From the NCBI GenBank assembly GCA_963847705.1, contig CAWKBC010000032.1:224001-288000 (forward strand): a stretch of DNA of 64,000 nucleotides, written 5' to 3'. Source of the DNA: an uncultured Pseudomonadota bacterium (GTDB lineage: Bacteria; Myxococcota_A; Polyangia; Fen-1088). Below are positions 45,444 to 54,697 of the stretch, one piece after another. A program made the translations under genes and the position numbers. The notes below the pieces were generated by a model. That model ran no database searches. It was given only the letters and a program-made list of their open reading frames with translations, and was not told the origin of the DNA. Position 1 is the stretch's first letter, and every line of letters begins with the position of its first letter.

Positions 45444-46314
45444 GCTGCGGACGAACGCCGGCGCGGCCGCGTCCGGAACGAAGCCGAGCTCGACCGAGCG
45501 GCAGCGGGCGGCGATGCGCTCCAGGGAGCCGAGCATGTCGTCCAGGCCGGCCGCGTCGTAGAACGGCGGAAAGCAGCAGGCGAAGAGGCGCGCGATCGAT
45601 TCGGTGGCCGCCACCGCCGTCATCTGGTTGCGGGGCGCGTGGCGCAGAAAGCAGATCCGATCGAGCGGGGCGCGCCCCTGATTCGAGATGCGCCCATCCC
45701 CATGCCAGGGTGTGCCGTACATCCAGACGACATCGCCTTCCTGGCGCAGCACGACGCGCTCGTCGCTCAGGATCTTCACGCCCGGCTCGGGGAGCCAAAG
45801 GCGGGCCATCGTCGTCTTGCCTGCGCCGGACTGGCCGGCGAACAGCGTCCCGCGGCCGTCGGCGTCGACCACGCCGCTGCCGTGGATGGCGACGCCGCGC
45901 CCCCGGGCCAGCAGGTGCACCATCACCAGCTCGTCGAGCGGATACTGCAACGGGTAGAGCGGCAGCCGCCCGGCGAAGACCTCCCGTCGCACCGAGACCT
46001 CCCCCTCGGTGAAGTCCGGGCTGAACGACGCCATCTGGTAGGGTCGCGTCCCGAGCGGCGCCGAGGTGAACACGAACTGAAGGCCCAGGCCGCCGCGGTA
46101 GAGGCGCCAGAGCCCCTTGCCCGAATCGAACAGCAGATCGCTTGCGTCGGGCTCGCGCGGGTCGCCCCAGTCGGCGCGAATCCGCACCTCGGGCCGCTCG
46201 GCGTCCGAGACGAACTTGGCGGCGGCGCCCGCGGCGGCGATCGGCAGAATCCTCCGCCCCGGACGAGAGCGCAATCTTGATTCCGGCGATGTCGAGCGCG
46301 AACGCTCCGCTCAT
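45438..46314 (-). CDS. HPr-kinase-related P-loop protein (RiPP-associated kinase) with an apparent 1-nt frameshift near 46249
   Basis: AIHGSGVV, FAGQSGAGKTT, ILSDERVVL, YGTPWHG; ATG 46314 overlaps the precursor stop (ATGA) but is out of frame with the body. Confidence 0.75.
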
Positions 46315-46493
46315 GAGCCGAACGTCATGCAGCCGCCGAGCGAGGTGCAGTCGGACTCCGCTGGTCCCGCCACCCCCATCGTCTTGCAGTTGCCGAGCAC
46401 GGCCTCTTCGGGGCGCAAGGCCACCTGCGACAGCGTCGGCTTCTCGTACGGTTTTCGTCCGGAGCCGGGCTCCGGTGGAGACTCTGGTGTCAT
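46311..46493 (-). CDS. RiPP precursor peptide (60 aa): leader with KPYEKPTL RRE-binding motif, core with three Cys and C-terminal Ser
   Basis: GGAG RBS 6 nt before the ATG; MTPESPPEPGSGRKPYEKPTLSQVALRPEEAVLGNCKTMGVAGPAESDCTSLGGCMTFGS; lies between the rSAM and kinase genes. Confidence 0.85.
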   Translation of the reverse strand: MTPESPPEPGSGRKPYEKPTLSQVALRPEEAVLGNCKTMGVAGPAESDCTSLGGCMTFGS

Positions 46494-46502
46494 CCGATGC
46501 TC

Positions 46503-47786
46503 CTATGTCCCTTCCGCGGCGCCACAGGCACCGCACCCACCGCTCGAACAAGACGACGACGAAGCGGTGCTCAAGACTTTGAGTGAGCTGGCCCGCGCCA
46601 GGGGCCGCAGCGCGCCAGCGGCCGCCTGGCCCGCCTGCACGCTGTCGACCGCGCGCAGGAGGCGTTCGTGGTGGGCGCCGCCCTCGCAGAACGCGCACTC
46701 GCCATGCGCCGGCGGCGTGAAGCCGACGACGCGGGCGCGCAGGTGGGCCACCTCGCAGAAGAACTCCACCGGCGCCTCCGGATCGCCATGCTCCAACTCG
46801 CTGGTGGCCGCGCAGGCGGAGCAGAGCGAACGAATGTGGCAGTCGGTGCACTTGGTCGGGCGGGTGATGGTCTTGTCGCGCACCTTGGCCAGGAAGCCCT
46901 CCCACCCCTCCTTGAAGCTCCCCCGGCGCAGATCGAACTGGTCGCTGTGCGACAGCACGCAGATGCTCATCTTCCCTTCGGGATCGATGGCGAAGGAATT
47001 GATGCCGCCGCCGCACTGGTAGACCTTGTCGCGGGTGCCGACCACCGGGCGCGCCCGGGAGGCCAGCTCGGCCCATCCGGCGCGGCGCACCGGATCGAGG
47101 ACGTCGAGCTCGACCATCTCGGCCGGGGAGAGCCGCACCTCGAGCGGGCTGTGCGAGCAGTCGATGCGGGCGTTGATCATCCCGTCGAACTTGAACTCCA
47201 CCCCCAGCTCCTCGGCGAACTGCTGCATCTGGGGGACCTCGTGGCGGTTGATGCTCACCGCGACGGTCTTGAGCCGCAGCGGCAGGCCGCGCTCGGTGAG
47301 CAGGCGGATGCCGCGCATGCAGCGATCGAACGAGCCCGGCACGCCGGTGAGGCGCTCGTAGGTCTCGCGCGTGCGGCCGTAGAGGGTGATCTCCACGGCG
47401 AACGGGCGCCACTCGGCCAGCATGTCGGCGAGCTCCGCCGTCAGCTGCGTGCCGTTGGTGAACAGCGTCACCAGGAGGCCGCGGCGCTTGGCGTGCTGGT
47501 AGATCTCCACGAAGTCGCGGCGGGCCAGGATCTCCCCGCCGGTGAGCAGCAGCCAGAGGCAGCCGGCGTCGGCCATCTCGTCGATGATCCGGAAGACCTC
47601 GGCGGTCGACAGCTCGCTCGCGCGCGCCGCCGCGTCCCCGACCGGGAGGTTGTTGTAGCAGTGCGCGCAGGCCAGCGGGCAGCGGTGGGTGAGCTCGATG
47701 GTGCCGTTGGTGGGCAGGCGTCCGCCTCGCGCCCGCCGGTAGATCTGCGCGCTGAAGTCGCCGTAGCTCCGGAGCGCGGCGTTCAT
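46503..47786 (-). CDS. Radical SAM/SPASM peptide maturase
   Basis: CPLACAHC (CxxxCxxC), TGGE, TNG; SPASM YQCGGG...GKMSIC and CTDCHIRSLCSAC...FFC; ATGA overlap with the PqqD gene. Confidence 0.93.
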   Translation of the reverse strand: MNAALRSYGDFSAQIYRRARGGRLPTNGTIELTHRCPLACAHCYNNLPVGDAAARASELSTAEVFRIIDEMADAGCLWLLLTGGEILARRDFVEIYQHAKRRGLLVTLFTNGTQLTAELADMLAEWRPFAVEITLYGRTRETYERLTGVPGSFDRCMRGIRLLTERGLPLRLKTVAVSINRHEVPQMQQFAEELGVEFKFDGMINARIDCSHSPLEVRLSPAEMVELDVLDPVRRAGWAELASRARPVVGTRDKVYQCGGGINSFAIDPEGKMSICVLSHSDQFDLRRGSFKEGWEGFLAKVRDKTITRPTKCTDCHIRSLCSACAATSELEHGDPEAPVEFFCEVAHLRARVVGFTPPAHGECAFCEGGAHHERLLRAVDSVQAGQAAAGALRPLARASSLKVLSTASSSSCSSGGCGACGAAEGT

Positions 47787-48100
47787 GGGGAGACCTCGCT
47801 GACGAGACCCTTGGCCAGCAGCAGCGCCACGAACTCCTGGACGTCGGCGGCGGCCTCGGCCTCGCTGACTTCGTACTCGCGCGACAGCGCGGCCGCCAGC
47901 GCCTGCACCGAGCTCTTCCCGTCGATCCATTTCCAGATCGAGGCGCCCACCGCGTTGAGGGTGAAGATCGACTCGAGGTCGCCGACGCCGCCGCGGACAG
48001 GAACGATGATGACGTCGTCGGCGATCGTGCGGCTGACGAAGCCTTCGGCCTTGCGAGGGAAGCGGGCAGACGAGATGCCTTCGGTGCTCAACACGTACAT
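47783..48100 (-). CDS. PqqD family RiPP recognition element (RRE)
   Basis: IFTLNAVGASIWKWIDG..SV..LA..L..EYEV...A..DV.EFV..L...GLV. Confidence 0.92.
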   Translation of the reverse strand: MYVLSTEGISSARFPRKAEGFVSRTIADDVIIVPVRGGVGDLESIFTLNAVGASIWKWIDGKSSVQALAAALSREYEVSEAEAAADVQEFVALLLAKGLVSEVSP

Positions 48101-48104
48101 AGTA

Positions 48105-50552
48105 TCAGCTGTCTGCCCTCGAACCTTGAGCCGCGTCAGCAAGATGGCGACGCTCGAGGCGCCTCCGACGTCGCAGCCCGGCCACCCCGCCGGAGGCCAT
48201 CAGGGCCCAGAGCACGAGCTGGCCCGGCCGCCCCCGCCCCGAAAGCTCGCATCCGCAGCCATCGCCGCTGGGAGGCAGGAGCGAGGCCGCGTCTTGGGAA
48301 CCGTCGCTGCCGCCGTGGCCGCTTGCACCGTCGCCCCGACCGGCGTCGGGCATTGTGGCGACCGACGCATCGGCGACCACCCCGGCGTCCGGCCCGGCGG
48401 CGTCGGTCCCGGCCCCGTCGGGGCCGAGGCCCGCGTCGCCCGGCGCCGGCGGCGGCGTGGGCAGGCCAAAAATTGTCGGATCGGCGAACAGGATCCAGGT
48501 CCGTTGCGCGTCGACGTCGGTGATGGCGTGCTTGGCCGCGATGGCGGCCTCGCCGAGCGAGGTGTGGGTCAAGCGCGCGACGAACGCCTGGTCGAGAACC
48601 CCCTGCTGGTCGAACGAGGTGAGCGTCGAGGAGGCCCAGACGGCGACGGCGCCGCCGGCGGGCGCCTTGGTGAGCGTCTCGGCCAGGCTCTCGGTGTACA
48701 CGTCCTGAAAAAAACCGTTCAGGCAGTTCATGCTGACGTAGATGGAGAGGGGGGCGTTGGTGAGCGCCGCGGCGTCGCTGCCCGAGAAGAGGCCATCCCA
48801 CACCGAGACCGATCCGTGGCCCATGTAGTTGACCAGGAACGGCCCGGCATCGAGCAGCGGAAGCAGGGCCGCCTCCGTCGAGCTCGGCTGGCTGAGAAAA
48901 AAATTGCTGGTCGGCATCGAGCCGGCGACCGACGCCGCGCTCGCCTGACTGTCCTCCTCGAACGAGAGGCCGGTCTCATCGGCGTCCGCGATGAAGAGCC
49001 CGCCCTGCGGCAGGTCGGCGGCGCCGCCGTAGCCCAGGATCTTCCCCACCACCGTCGACGCCTCCGAGGCCGTGCGGACCGAGAGTCGTCCGATGGCGAT
49101 GTCCTCGACGCCGTCGGCGTCCCAGTCGACGAACCAGCCATCGGAGGCGGTCTCCATCTGCTGCGTGTCGACGAGCTTGGTGGGGGCGAAGTCGAAGTCC
49201 CCCTGCCCCAGGAAGTTGCGCGGATCGAAGGAGGCGTCGCCGACCAGCAGCACGAACCGCGGCGCCGGCGTCCAGCTGCCGTGAACCGCCTGCAGAAAAT
49301 CGCGCACCGCGAAGGGCGTCTTGTCGCCGGCGCCGAACTCGTCGTACACGTCCTGCAGGTCGACCAGCTGCACCGACCAGCCCTGCTGCCGCCGCGCCGT
49401 CACCAGCGGCGCCAGCGCGTCGATGAAGAGAGCGTTCGAGAGGATCACCATCTCGCCGGCGCGCGGGTCCGTCCAGCGGGACGGCCGGCTGGCGGTGACC
49501 GACGAGGGCGCCACGACGGCGGCGCCGGTGAAGGCGTACAGCGCCGGCCAGGAGGTCTCCCCCGGTGTGTTCACCGTGACGGTGGTGCTCGACCCGGCGG
49601 TGACCACGCTGGTCACGAGCTCGATCGGGCTGGTCGGATCGGTCACGTCCATCACCCGCACGTCGGACGACGAGAACCCCGCGATGGCGATCGGCGTGGC
49701 GGGCGGCGCGGTCAGGTTGAGCGCGTTCCCGTCGGCGACGAACAGGTGCTGGTAGTCGATCTCCACGCTGGCCACCAGCGACTCGTCGGGAGAATCCCCC
49801 TCCCCGACCAGCAGAACGTCGTTGGCCCCCTCGCGCACGCTGACCGGCGAGAGCGCGCAGGTCTGGGAGTCCTGCCCGGCGAACGCGCAGACGCCGACCG
49901 GCTGGCCGTCGAGCGAGATCGCCACCTGGTGGTCTCCGGCCGTGACCCCCTGCAGGACGACCTGCAGCCCGGCCGGCTGCGCCCCGTCGAGGTGAGTGAC
50001 CGACACCGACTCGGTCACGCCGGCGGGGCCGACGACGTCGCCGAAGAAGTTGCTGGCTTCGCCGTTCTTCAGCGCCGCGAAGTAGTTGGTTCGCTGGCGC
50101 AGCACCGCGGCACCTGGAAAATCCTGGGGCGCCGCTCCGCTGGCCGGATACGCCGAGAGGGGGACGCGTTTGCCGGCCGTCCCCGGTCCGACGACCAGCC
50201 AGTAGGTGCGCGCCCCCGTCCAGAGCGTATCGCGCCCCTGGCCGTAGAACTCGATCGCCTCGCCGCTGTCGAACACCGCGTCGCCGTTGCCGGTGATCGA
50301 CAGCGCCTGTTCGACGCCGTCGGCGAAGAGCTGGAGCTGCGCCGGGTCGACCCCTGGAGCGAGCCCGGCCGCGACCAGGGCCGGCTGCGAGACGTGTTGC
50401 CACCCCGTCGAGGTCACCACCAGCTTGACGGCGGGCATCGCGGCCAGCTCCAGCTGGCTCGGCGCGCCCGGGCTGGCCGCAAATGCCGCGGGCGTCGCTG
50501 GCAGGCCGAACGCGCCGAACGCGCCGGCCACGACGAGAGACCAGCGCGCCAT
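48105..50552 (-). CDS. C25 family (gingipain/PorU-like) cysteine peptidase with signal peptide and MYXO-CTERM
   Basis: VKLVVTSTGW, IEFYGQG, DVYDEFG, VLLVGDASFDP, IAIGRLSV, catalytic NYMGHGS and SMNCLNG, WILFADP; tail GCGCELSG + TM + RRRRR. Confidence 0.9.
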   Translation of the reverse strand: MARWSLVVAGAFGAFGLPATPAAFAASPGAPSQLELAAMPAVKLVVTSTGWQHVSQPALVAAGLAPGVDPAQLQLFADGVEQALSITGNGDAVFDSGEAIEFYGQGRDTLWTGARTYWLVVGPGTAGKRVPLSAYPASGAAPQDFPGAAVLRQRTNYFAALKNGEASNFFGDVVGPAGVTESVSVTHLDGAQPAGLQVVLQGVTAGDHQVAISLDGQPVGVCAFAGQDSQTCALSPVSVREGANDVLLVGEGDSPDESLVASVEIDYQHLFVADGNALNLTAPPATPIAIAGFSSSDVRVMDVTDPTSPIELVTSVVTAGSSTTVTVNTPGETSWPALYAFTGAAVVAPSSVTASRPSRWTDPRAGEMVILSNALFIDALAPLVTARRQQGWSVQLVDLQDVYDEFGAGDKTPFAVRDFLQAVHGSWTPAPRFVLLVGDASFDPRNFLGQGDFDFAPTKLVDTQQMETASDGWFVDWDADGVEDIAIGRLSVRTASEASTVVGKILGYGGAADLPQGGLFIADADETGLSFEEDSQASAASVAGSMPTSNFFLSQPSSTEAALLPLLDAGPFLVNYMGHGSVSVWDGLFSGSDAAALTNAPLSIYVSMNCLNGFFQDVYTESLAETLTKAPAGGAVAVWASSTLTSFDQQGVLDQAFVARLTHTSLGEAAIAAKHAITDVDAQRTWILFADPTIFGLPTPPPAPGDAGLGPDGAGTDAAGPDAGVVADASVATMPDAGRGDGASGHGGSDGSQDAASLLPPSGDGCGCELSGRGRPGQLVLWALMASGGVAGLRRRRRLERRHLADAAQGSRADS

Positions 50553-50649
50553 GCGTTCCCCACATCGGGAGTCCCCTGACGGACTAAAGATGCGAATTCG
50601 GTCACCAACCGCTAAGGCCAGGCGGCAGCTCGACCGATTTCGGGTGAAG

Positions 50650-53600
50650 ATGACTCGGAGGAGAGCTCTGTTCGGCGTCTCGGGGGGAGTCCTGGCGCTC
50701 GCCATCGCCTGGCCGGCCGCCGTCCAGGCCGCCGCCTGCGCCACCACCGCCTGCGGTTCCGCCACCAGCGTGACCTACAACGGCGCGGCCTTGACCTTTG
50801 CCGGCGCTTCGACGAACGGGACGGTGCGCAGCGAGCTCTGGTACCTGGTCGCGCCGACGAGCGGCGTCCACAACGTGGTGGTCACCGCGCCCAACGCCGA
50901 CGCGGTCACCGCCACCTCGATGTCGTTCACCGGCGTCAACCAGACCACCCCCCTCGGCACCACGGTCTCGGCGATCGGCACCGGCACGACCACGTCGGTC
51001 TCCACCACCAGCGCGGTCGGCGAGCCGCTGTTCGACGTCGTCGGCGCCGTCGGAACCACCCCACCGACCGTGGCCGGCGCGACCCAGACCGTTCGCCAGA
51101 CCAACACCACCGCGACCGGCCTCGACCAGGTGGTCCTCGGCTCCAGCACCGCGCCGGGCGCGGGCGCCACGTCGATCAGCATGTCCTGGACCATCCCCAG
51201 CGCCGACTGGGCCCAGATCGCGGTCCCCATCCAGGCCTCCACCGCACTGACCGCCGTCGCGGTGAGCGCTCTGACCGCGACGTTGCAGCCCGACGGCGTG
51301 CTGGTCCAGTGGAGCGATGGCTATGAGCCGTCGTCGCTGGGATTCTACGTCTACCGCAGCGACGGTACCGGAGGCCGCGTCCGGCTGAACGCCTCGGTCA
51401 TCGCCGGCGGCGCGCTCGGCACGGGAGCGTCGTCGTTCTCCTGGAAGGACGCCTCGGCGGGCTGGGACGGCGCGGTGTCGTACTGGGTCGAAGACGTCGG
51501 CCTCGACGGCTCGATGAGCTGGTACGGTCCGGTCACCCCACGACCCGCCGGCGCCATCGACGCAACGGGCGGCGCGGCCGCGAGCTCGTCCGGCGGCGCC
51601 GCCAGCAGCTGGTCCGGCGCGGGCGGCCAGGCGCCGGCAGAATCGGCCGGGGCGGGCGGGTGCACGGTCGCCGCGCGCGATCCGCGCAGCACGCTGCTGC
51701 AGCTGGTGCTGGCGCTCGGCCTGGTCGCCGGCGTGCGGCGGCGGAAGCGGCTCGCCGCGCTGGTCGTCCTCTACGCCCTGGCGGTCGCCGCCAGCGGGCT
51801 GCTTTCGCCCCGGACCGCCGCAGGCGCGGGCGGCGTCGCCGTCGACGCGACCGCCACCGGGTCGGGCGCCAGCGGATTGACCTTCTCGCACACGATGGGC
51901 GCCGGCGCGAACGGGCTCCTGATCGTGGGGGTGGTCGTCCCGATCACCTGCGACGACACCACGACCGACGGGGCCAACTGCGGGGCCTGCGGCACGACCT
52001 GCGCGCAGGATGTCGGAGCTTCGCTCGGCACGGGTCTGCTCGGCCTGTGGCGCTTCGACGAGGGGAGCGGCACCACCTCGGCCGACTCGTCCGGCAACGG
52101 CAACACGGCCACCCTCTTCAACAGCCCGAGCTGGACCACCGGTTACTCCGGCGACGCCGTCGAGGGGAACGGCACCAGCAGCTACGTCGCGGCCAACATC
52201 GGGACCTGGTTCGGGGCGAACAACACCCTGTCGGTCTCCGCCTGGACCTACGTCAACGCCAGCTCCAGCGGCCCGGTGGTCGGGATCGCCGGGACCAACG
52301 GCTGGAACATGCCATTCCTCAGCGTCAACGGCTCGACCGTCTACGGTTGGCTGTGGGGCGTGCCCGGAACCGACCCGGCCAGCAGCCCCCTCGCGGCGAC
52401 GGTCACCCTCGACGCCTGGCACTTCCTGGCCATCACCTACGATCCGAACGGTGGTGGCGCGGGGATCGGCCAGGAGATCTTCTACGTCGACGGCATGGTC
52501 TCCAGCTCGGCCACCGGGACCTACCAGCCGTCTGGAACGAGCGACGTCTTCACCACGCAGATCGCCGGCGCAAAGCCCAACGGAGGCGCCATGGACAGCG
52601 TCCTGCTCGGCAAGGTCGACGAGGTGCGCGCCTACAACCGGACTCTGAGCGCCGCAGACATCACCGCGCTCTACGGCGGGCGGCTCACCTGCGCGGCCAG
52701 CACCTGCGCGGCCTGCTCCGGGGGCCAGACCGCTTGCAGCGGCAGCTGTACCGACACGTCGACCGACATCGACAACTGCGGCGGCTGCGGACACGCCTGC
52801 AACATCGCCGGCGGCGAAACCTGCGTGGGGGGAACTTGCACCTGCACCACCGGCACCGACTGCAGTGGCGTCTGCTCCACCACCTCCAACGATCCCAACA
52901 ACTGCGGTGGCTGTGGCATCGCTTGCGGAATGCCGACCAGCGCCGCCATCGACAGCGGGCTCATCGGGCACTGGAACCTCGATGAGGGGTCCGGCACGAC
53001 CTCGGCCGATTCGTCGGGGAACGGCAACACGGCGACACTCTCCGGCGCGACCTGGACCACAGGCTACTCCGGCGACGCGGTCGCGGGTGACGGCAGCTCT
53101 ACCTACGTGAGCGCCAACCTGGGGAGCTATTTCGGCACCAACGCCGCCCTCACCGCCAGCGCCTGGGTCTACGCCACCGCGACCACCAACGGTCCTGTCT
53201 TCGGCGTCACCTCCATCCCGGCGGGCGGCGGCTGGAACATGCCCTTCCTCAGCATCGCCGGCTCAACCGCTTACGGATGGTTGTGGGGGGTCCCGGGGAT
53301 CGACGGCGGCTCGAGCCCGCTGGCCGCCACCGTCAGCCTCGACGCCTGGCACTTCCTGGCCATCACTTACACGCCGTCGGGAGGGTCAGGGACGGAGAGG
53401 TTCTACGTCGACGGCGCGCTGGCCGGCACCGCGACCGGCGCCTACCAGCCCTCGGGCCAGGTCGACACCTGGTCCACCACCATCCCCGGCGCCAGGCCAA
53501 GCGCCGTCACCAACAGCTTCCTCAACGGCAAGGTTGACGAGGTGCGCGCCTACAGCCGCGCGCTCAGCGCCGCCGAGATCTCGATCCTCTACAACGCCCG

Positions 53601-54657
53601 CCAGACCTGTTCGTCGTCGATCTGCGGCGGCTGCACCGGCGGCGAGTCGCTCTGTGGCGGCGATTGCACCGACAAGACCATCGACGCCAGCAACTGCGGC
53701 GCCTGCGGCACCAGCTGCAACATCTCCGGCGGTGAGAGCTGCATCTCCAGCAGCTGCGGCTGCGCCAGCGGCACCGACTGCAGCACCGTCTGCGTCGACA
53801 CCACCTCCGATCAGAACAACTGCGGCGGCTGCGGCGCCCCCTGCGGCGCTGTCACCTGCGCCTCCTGCGGCAGCGGGATGGCGGGCCTGTGGCACCTCGA
53901 CGAGGGCTCCGGGTCGACGTCGGCCGATTCATCCGGCAACAACCACACCGCCACGCTCAACAGCAGCCCCGGCTGGGTGACGGGCGAGGCGGGCAACGGG
54001 CTGGCGTTCAACGGCACCAGCTACATGACGGCCACGCTGGGAAGCTGGTTCGGCAACAACAACCCCCTCTCCGCCAGCGCCTGGGTCTTCGCCACCTCCA
54101 CCACGAACGGGCCGATCTTCGGCGTCACCGACACCCTGCCGGGGACGAACTGGAACATGCCTTTCCTGAGCATTGCCGGGTCGACCGTCTACGGCTGGCT
54201 CTGGTCGATGGCCAACAACAATCCCCTGTCGGCGACGGTCTCGCTGAACGCCTGGCACCTCCTCACGATCACCTACGATCCGAACGGAGGCGCCGCCGGC
54301 ACCGGCCAGGAGATCTTCTACGTCGACGGCGCGGTGTCGCAGTCCTCGGACATCACCTACTGGCCCTCGGGCAACAGCGACTTCCTCACCACGCAGATCC
54401 AAAACGCCAAGCCGAGCGGCGTGAACAACATTCTGACCGGCACCATCGACGAGCTCCGCGCCTATACCCGCGTCCTCTCGGCGGGTGAGATCGCGCTGCT
54501 CTACAACGCGCGTCAGACCTGCGTGGGCTCCGTCTGCACCGGCTGTCCGACGGGGACCACCAGCTGCGGCGGCGGCGTCTGCCAGAACACCGCCTGCGGT
54601 GCCTGCGGAAGTCCCTGCTCGGGCACCCAGCAGTGCGTCTCCGGCACCTGCATGTAG
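50650..54657 (+). CDS. Large secreted polyprotein-like adhesin: signal peptide, beta domain, C25-associated TAV domain, internal MYXO-CTERM, second signal peptide, three LamG domains with Cys-rich repeats
   Basis: Signal ending AVQA; TAVAVSALTA...GFYVYR...YWVEDVGLDG..WYGPV; GGCTVAA-TM-RRRKR-TM; three W.(F/L)DEGSG.TSADSSGN...(V/I)DE(V/L)RAY.R.LS LamG units. Confidence 0.85.
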   Translation: MTRRRALFGVSGGVLALAIAWPAAVQAAACATTACGSATSVTYNGAALTFAGASTNGTVRSELWYLVAPTSGVHNVVVTAPNADAVTATSMSFTGVNQTTPLGTTVSAIGTGTTTSVSTTSAVGEPLFDVVGAVGTTPPTVAGATQTVRQTNTTATGLDQVVLGSSTAPGAGATSISMSWTIPSADWAQIAVPIQASTALTAVAVSALTATLQPDGVLVQWSDGYEPSSLGFYVYRSDGTGGRVRLNASVIAGGALGTGASSFSWKDASAGWDGAVSYWVEDVGLDGSMSWYGPVTPRPAGAIDATGGAAASSSGGAASSWSGAGGQAPAESAGAGGCTVAARDPRSTLLQLVLALGLVAGVRRRKRLAALVVLYALAVAASGLLSPRTAAGAGGVAVDATATGSGASGLTFSHTMGAGANGLLIVGVVVPITCDDTTTDGANCGACGTTCAQDVGASLGTGLLGLWRFDEGSGTTSADSSGNGNTATLFNSPSWTTGYSGDAVEGNGTSSYVAANIGTWFGANNTLSVSAWTYVNASSSGPVVGIAGTNGWNMPFLSVNGSTVYGWLWGVPGTDPASSPLAATVTLDAWHFLAITYDPNGGGAGIGQEIFYVDGMVSSSATGTYQPSGTSDVFTTQIAGAKPNGGAMDSVLLGKVDEVRAYNRTLSAADITALYGGRLTCAASTCAACSGGQTACSGSCTDTSTDIDNCGGCGHACNIAGGETCVGGTCTCTTGTDCSGVCSTTSNDPNNCGGCGIACGMPTSAAIDSGLIGHWNLDEGSGTTSADSSGNGNTATLSGATWTTGYSGDAVAGDGSSTYVSANLGSYFGTNAALTASAWVYATATTNGPVFGVTSIPAGGGWNMPFLSIAGSTAYGWLWGVPGIDGGSSPLAATVSLDAWHFLAITYTPSGGSGTERFYVDGALAGTATGAYQPSGQVDTWSTTIPGARPSAVTNSFLNGKVDEVRAYSRALSAAEISILYNARQTCSSSICGGCTGGESLCGGDCTDKTIDASNCGACGTSCNISGGESCISSSCGCASGTDCSTVCVDTTSDQNNCGGCGAPCGAVTCASCGSGMAGLWHLDEGSGSTSADSSGNNHTATLNSSPGWVTGEAGNGLAFNGTSYMTATLGSWFGNNNPLSASAWVFATSTTNGPIFGVTDTLPGTNWNMPFLSIAGSTVYGWLWSMANNNPLSATVSLNAWHLLTITYDPNGGAAGTGQEIFYVDGAVSQSSDITYWPSGNSDFLTTQIQNAKPSGVNNILTGTIDELRAYTRVLSAGEIALLYNARQTCVGSVCTGCPTGTTSCGGGVCQNTACGACGSPCSGTQQCVSGTCM

Positions 54658-54697
54658 CGCCGGAGCGTCGCGCTTCAGAAGACGCAGCGCTTCGTCG

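Noticed and set aside
45058-47412. 784-aa ORF spanning rSAM, precursor and kinase as a single fusion
   Set aside because: Mostly off-frame R/G/A-rich sequence; only the 22 codons from 46314 appear to be real (kinase N-terminus before the frameshift)
46311-48100. PQQ biosynthesis or lasso peptide cluster
   Set aside because: The precursor lacks the PqqA ExxxY core and there are no pqqB/C genes. No asparagine-synthetase-like lasso cyclase or transglutaminase-like B2 protease is present
46668-50579. 1303-aa ORF on the + strand (and similar long shadows such as 1165-4047, 8723-11242, 21675-24203)
   Set aside because: Antisense to well-supported genes, with the R/G/A/V-rich composition typical of shadow ORFs
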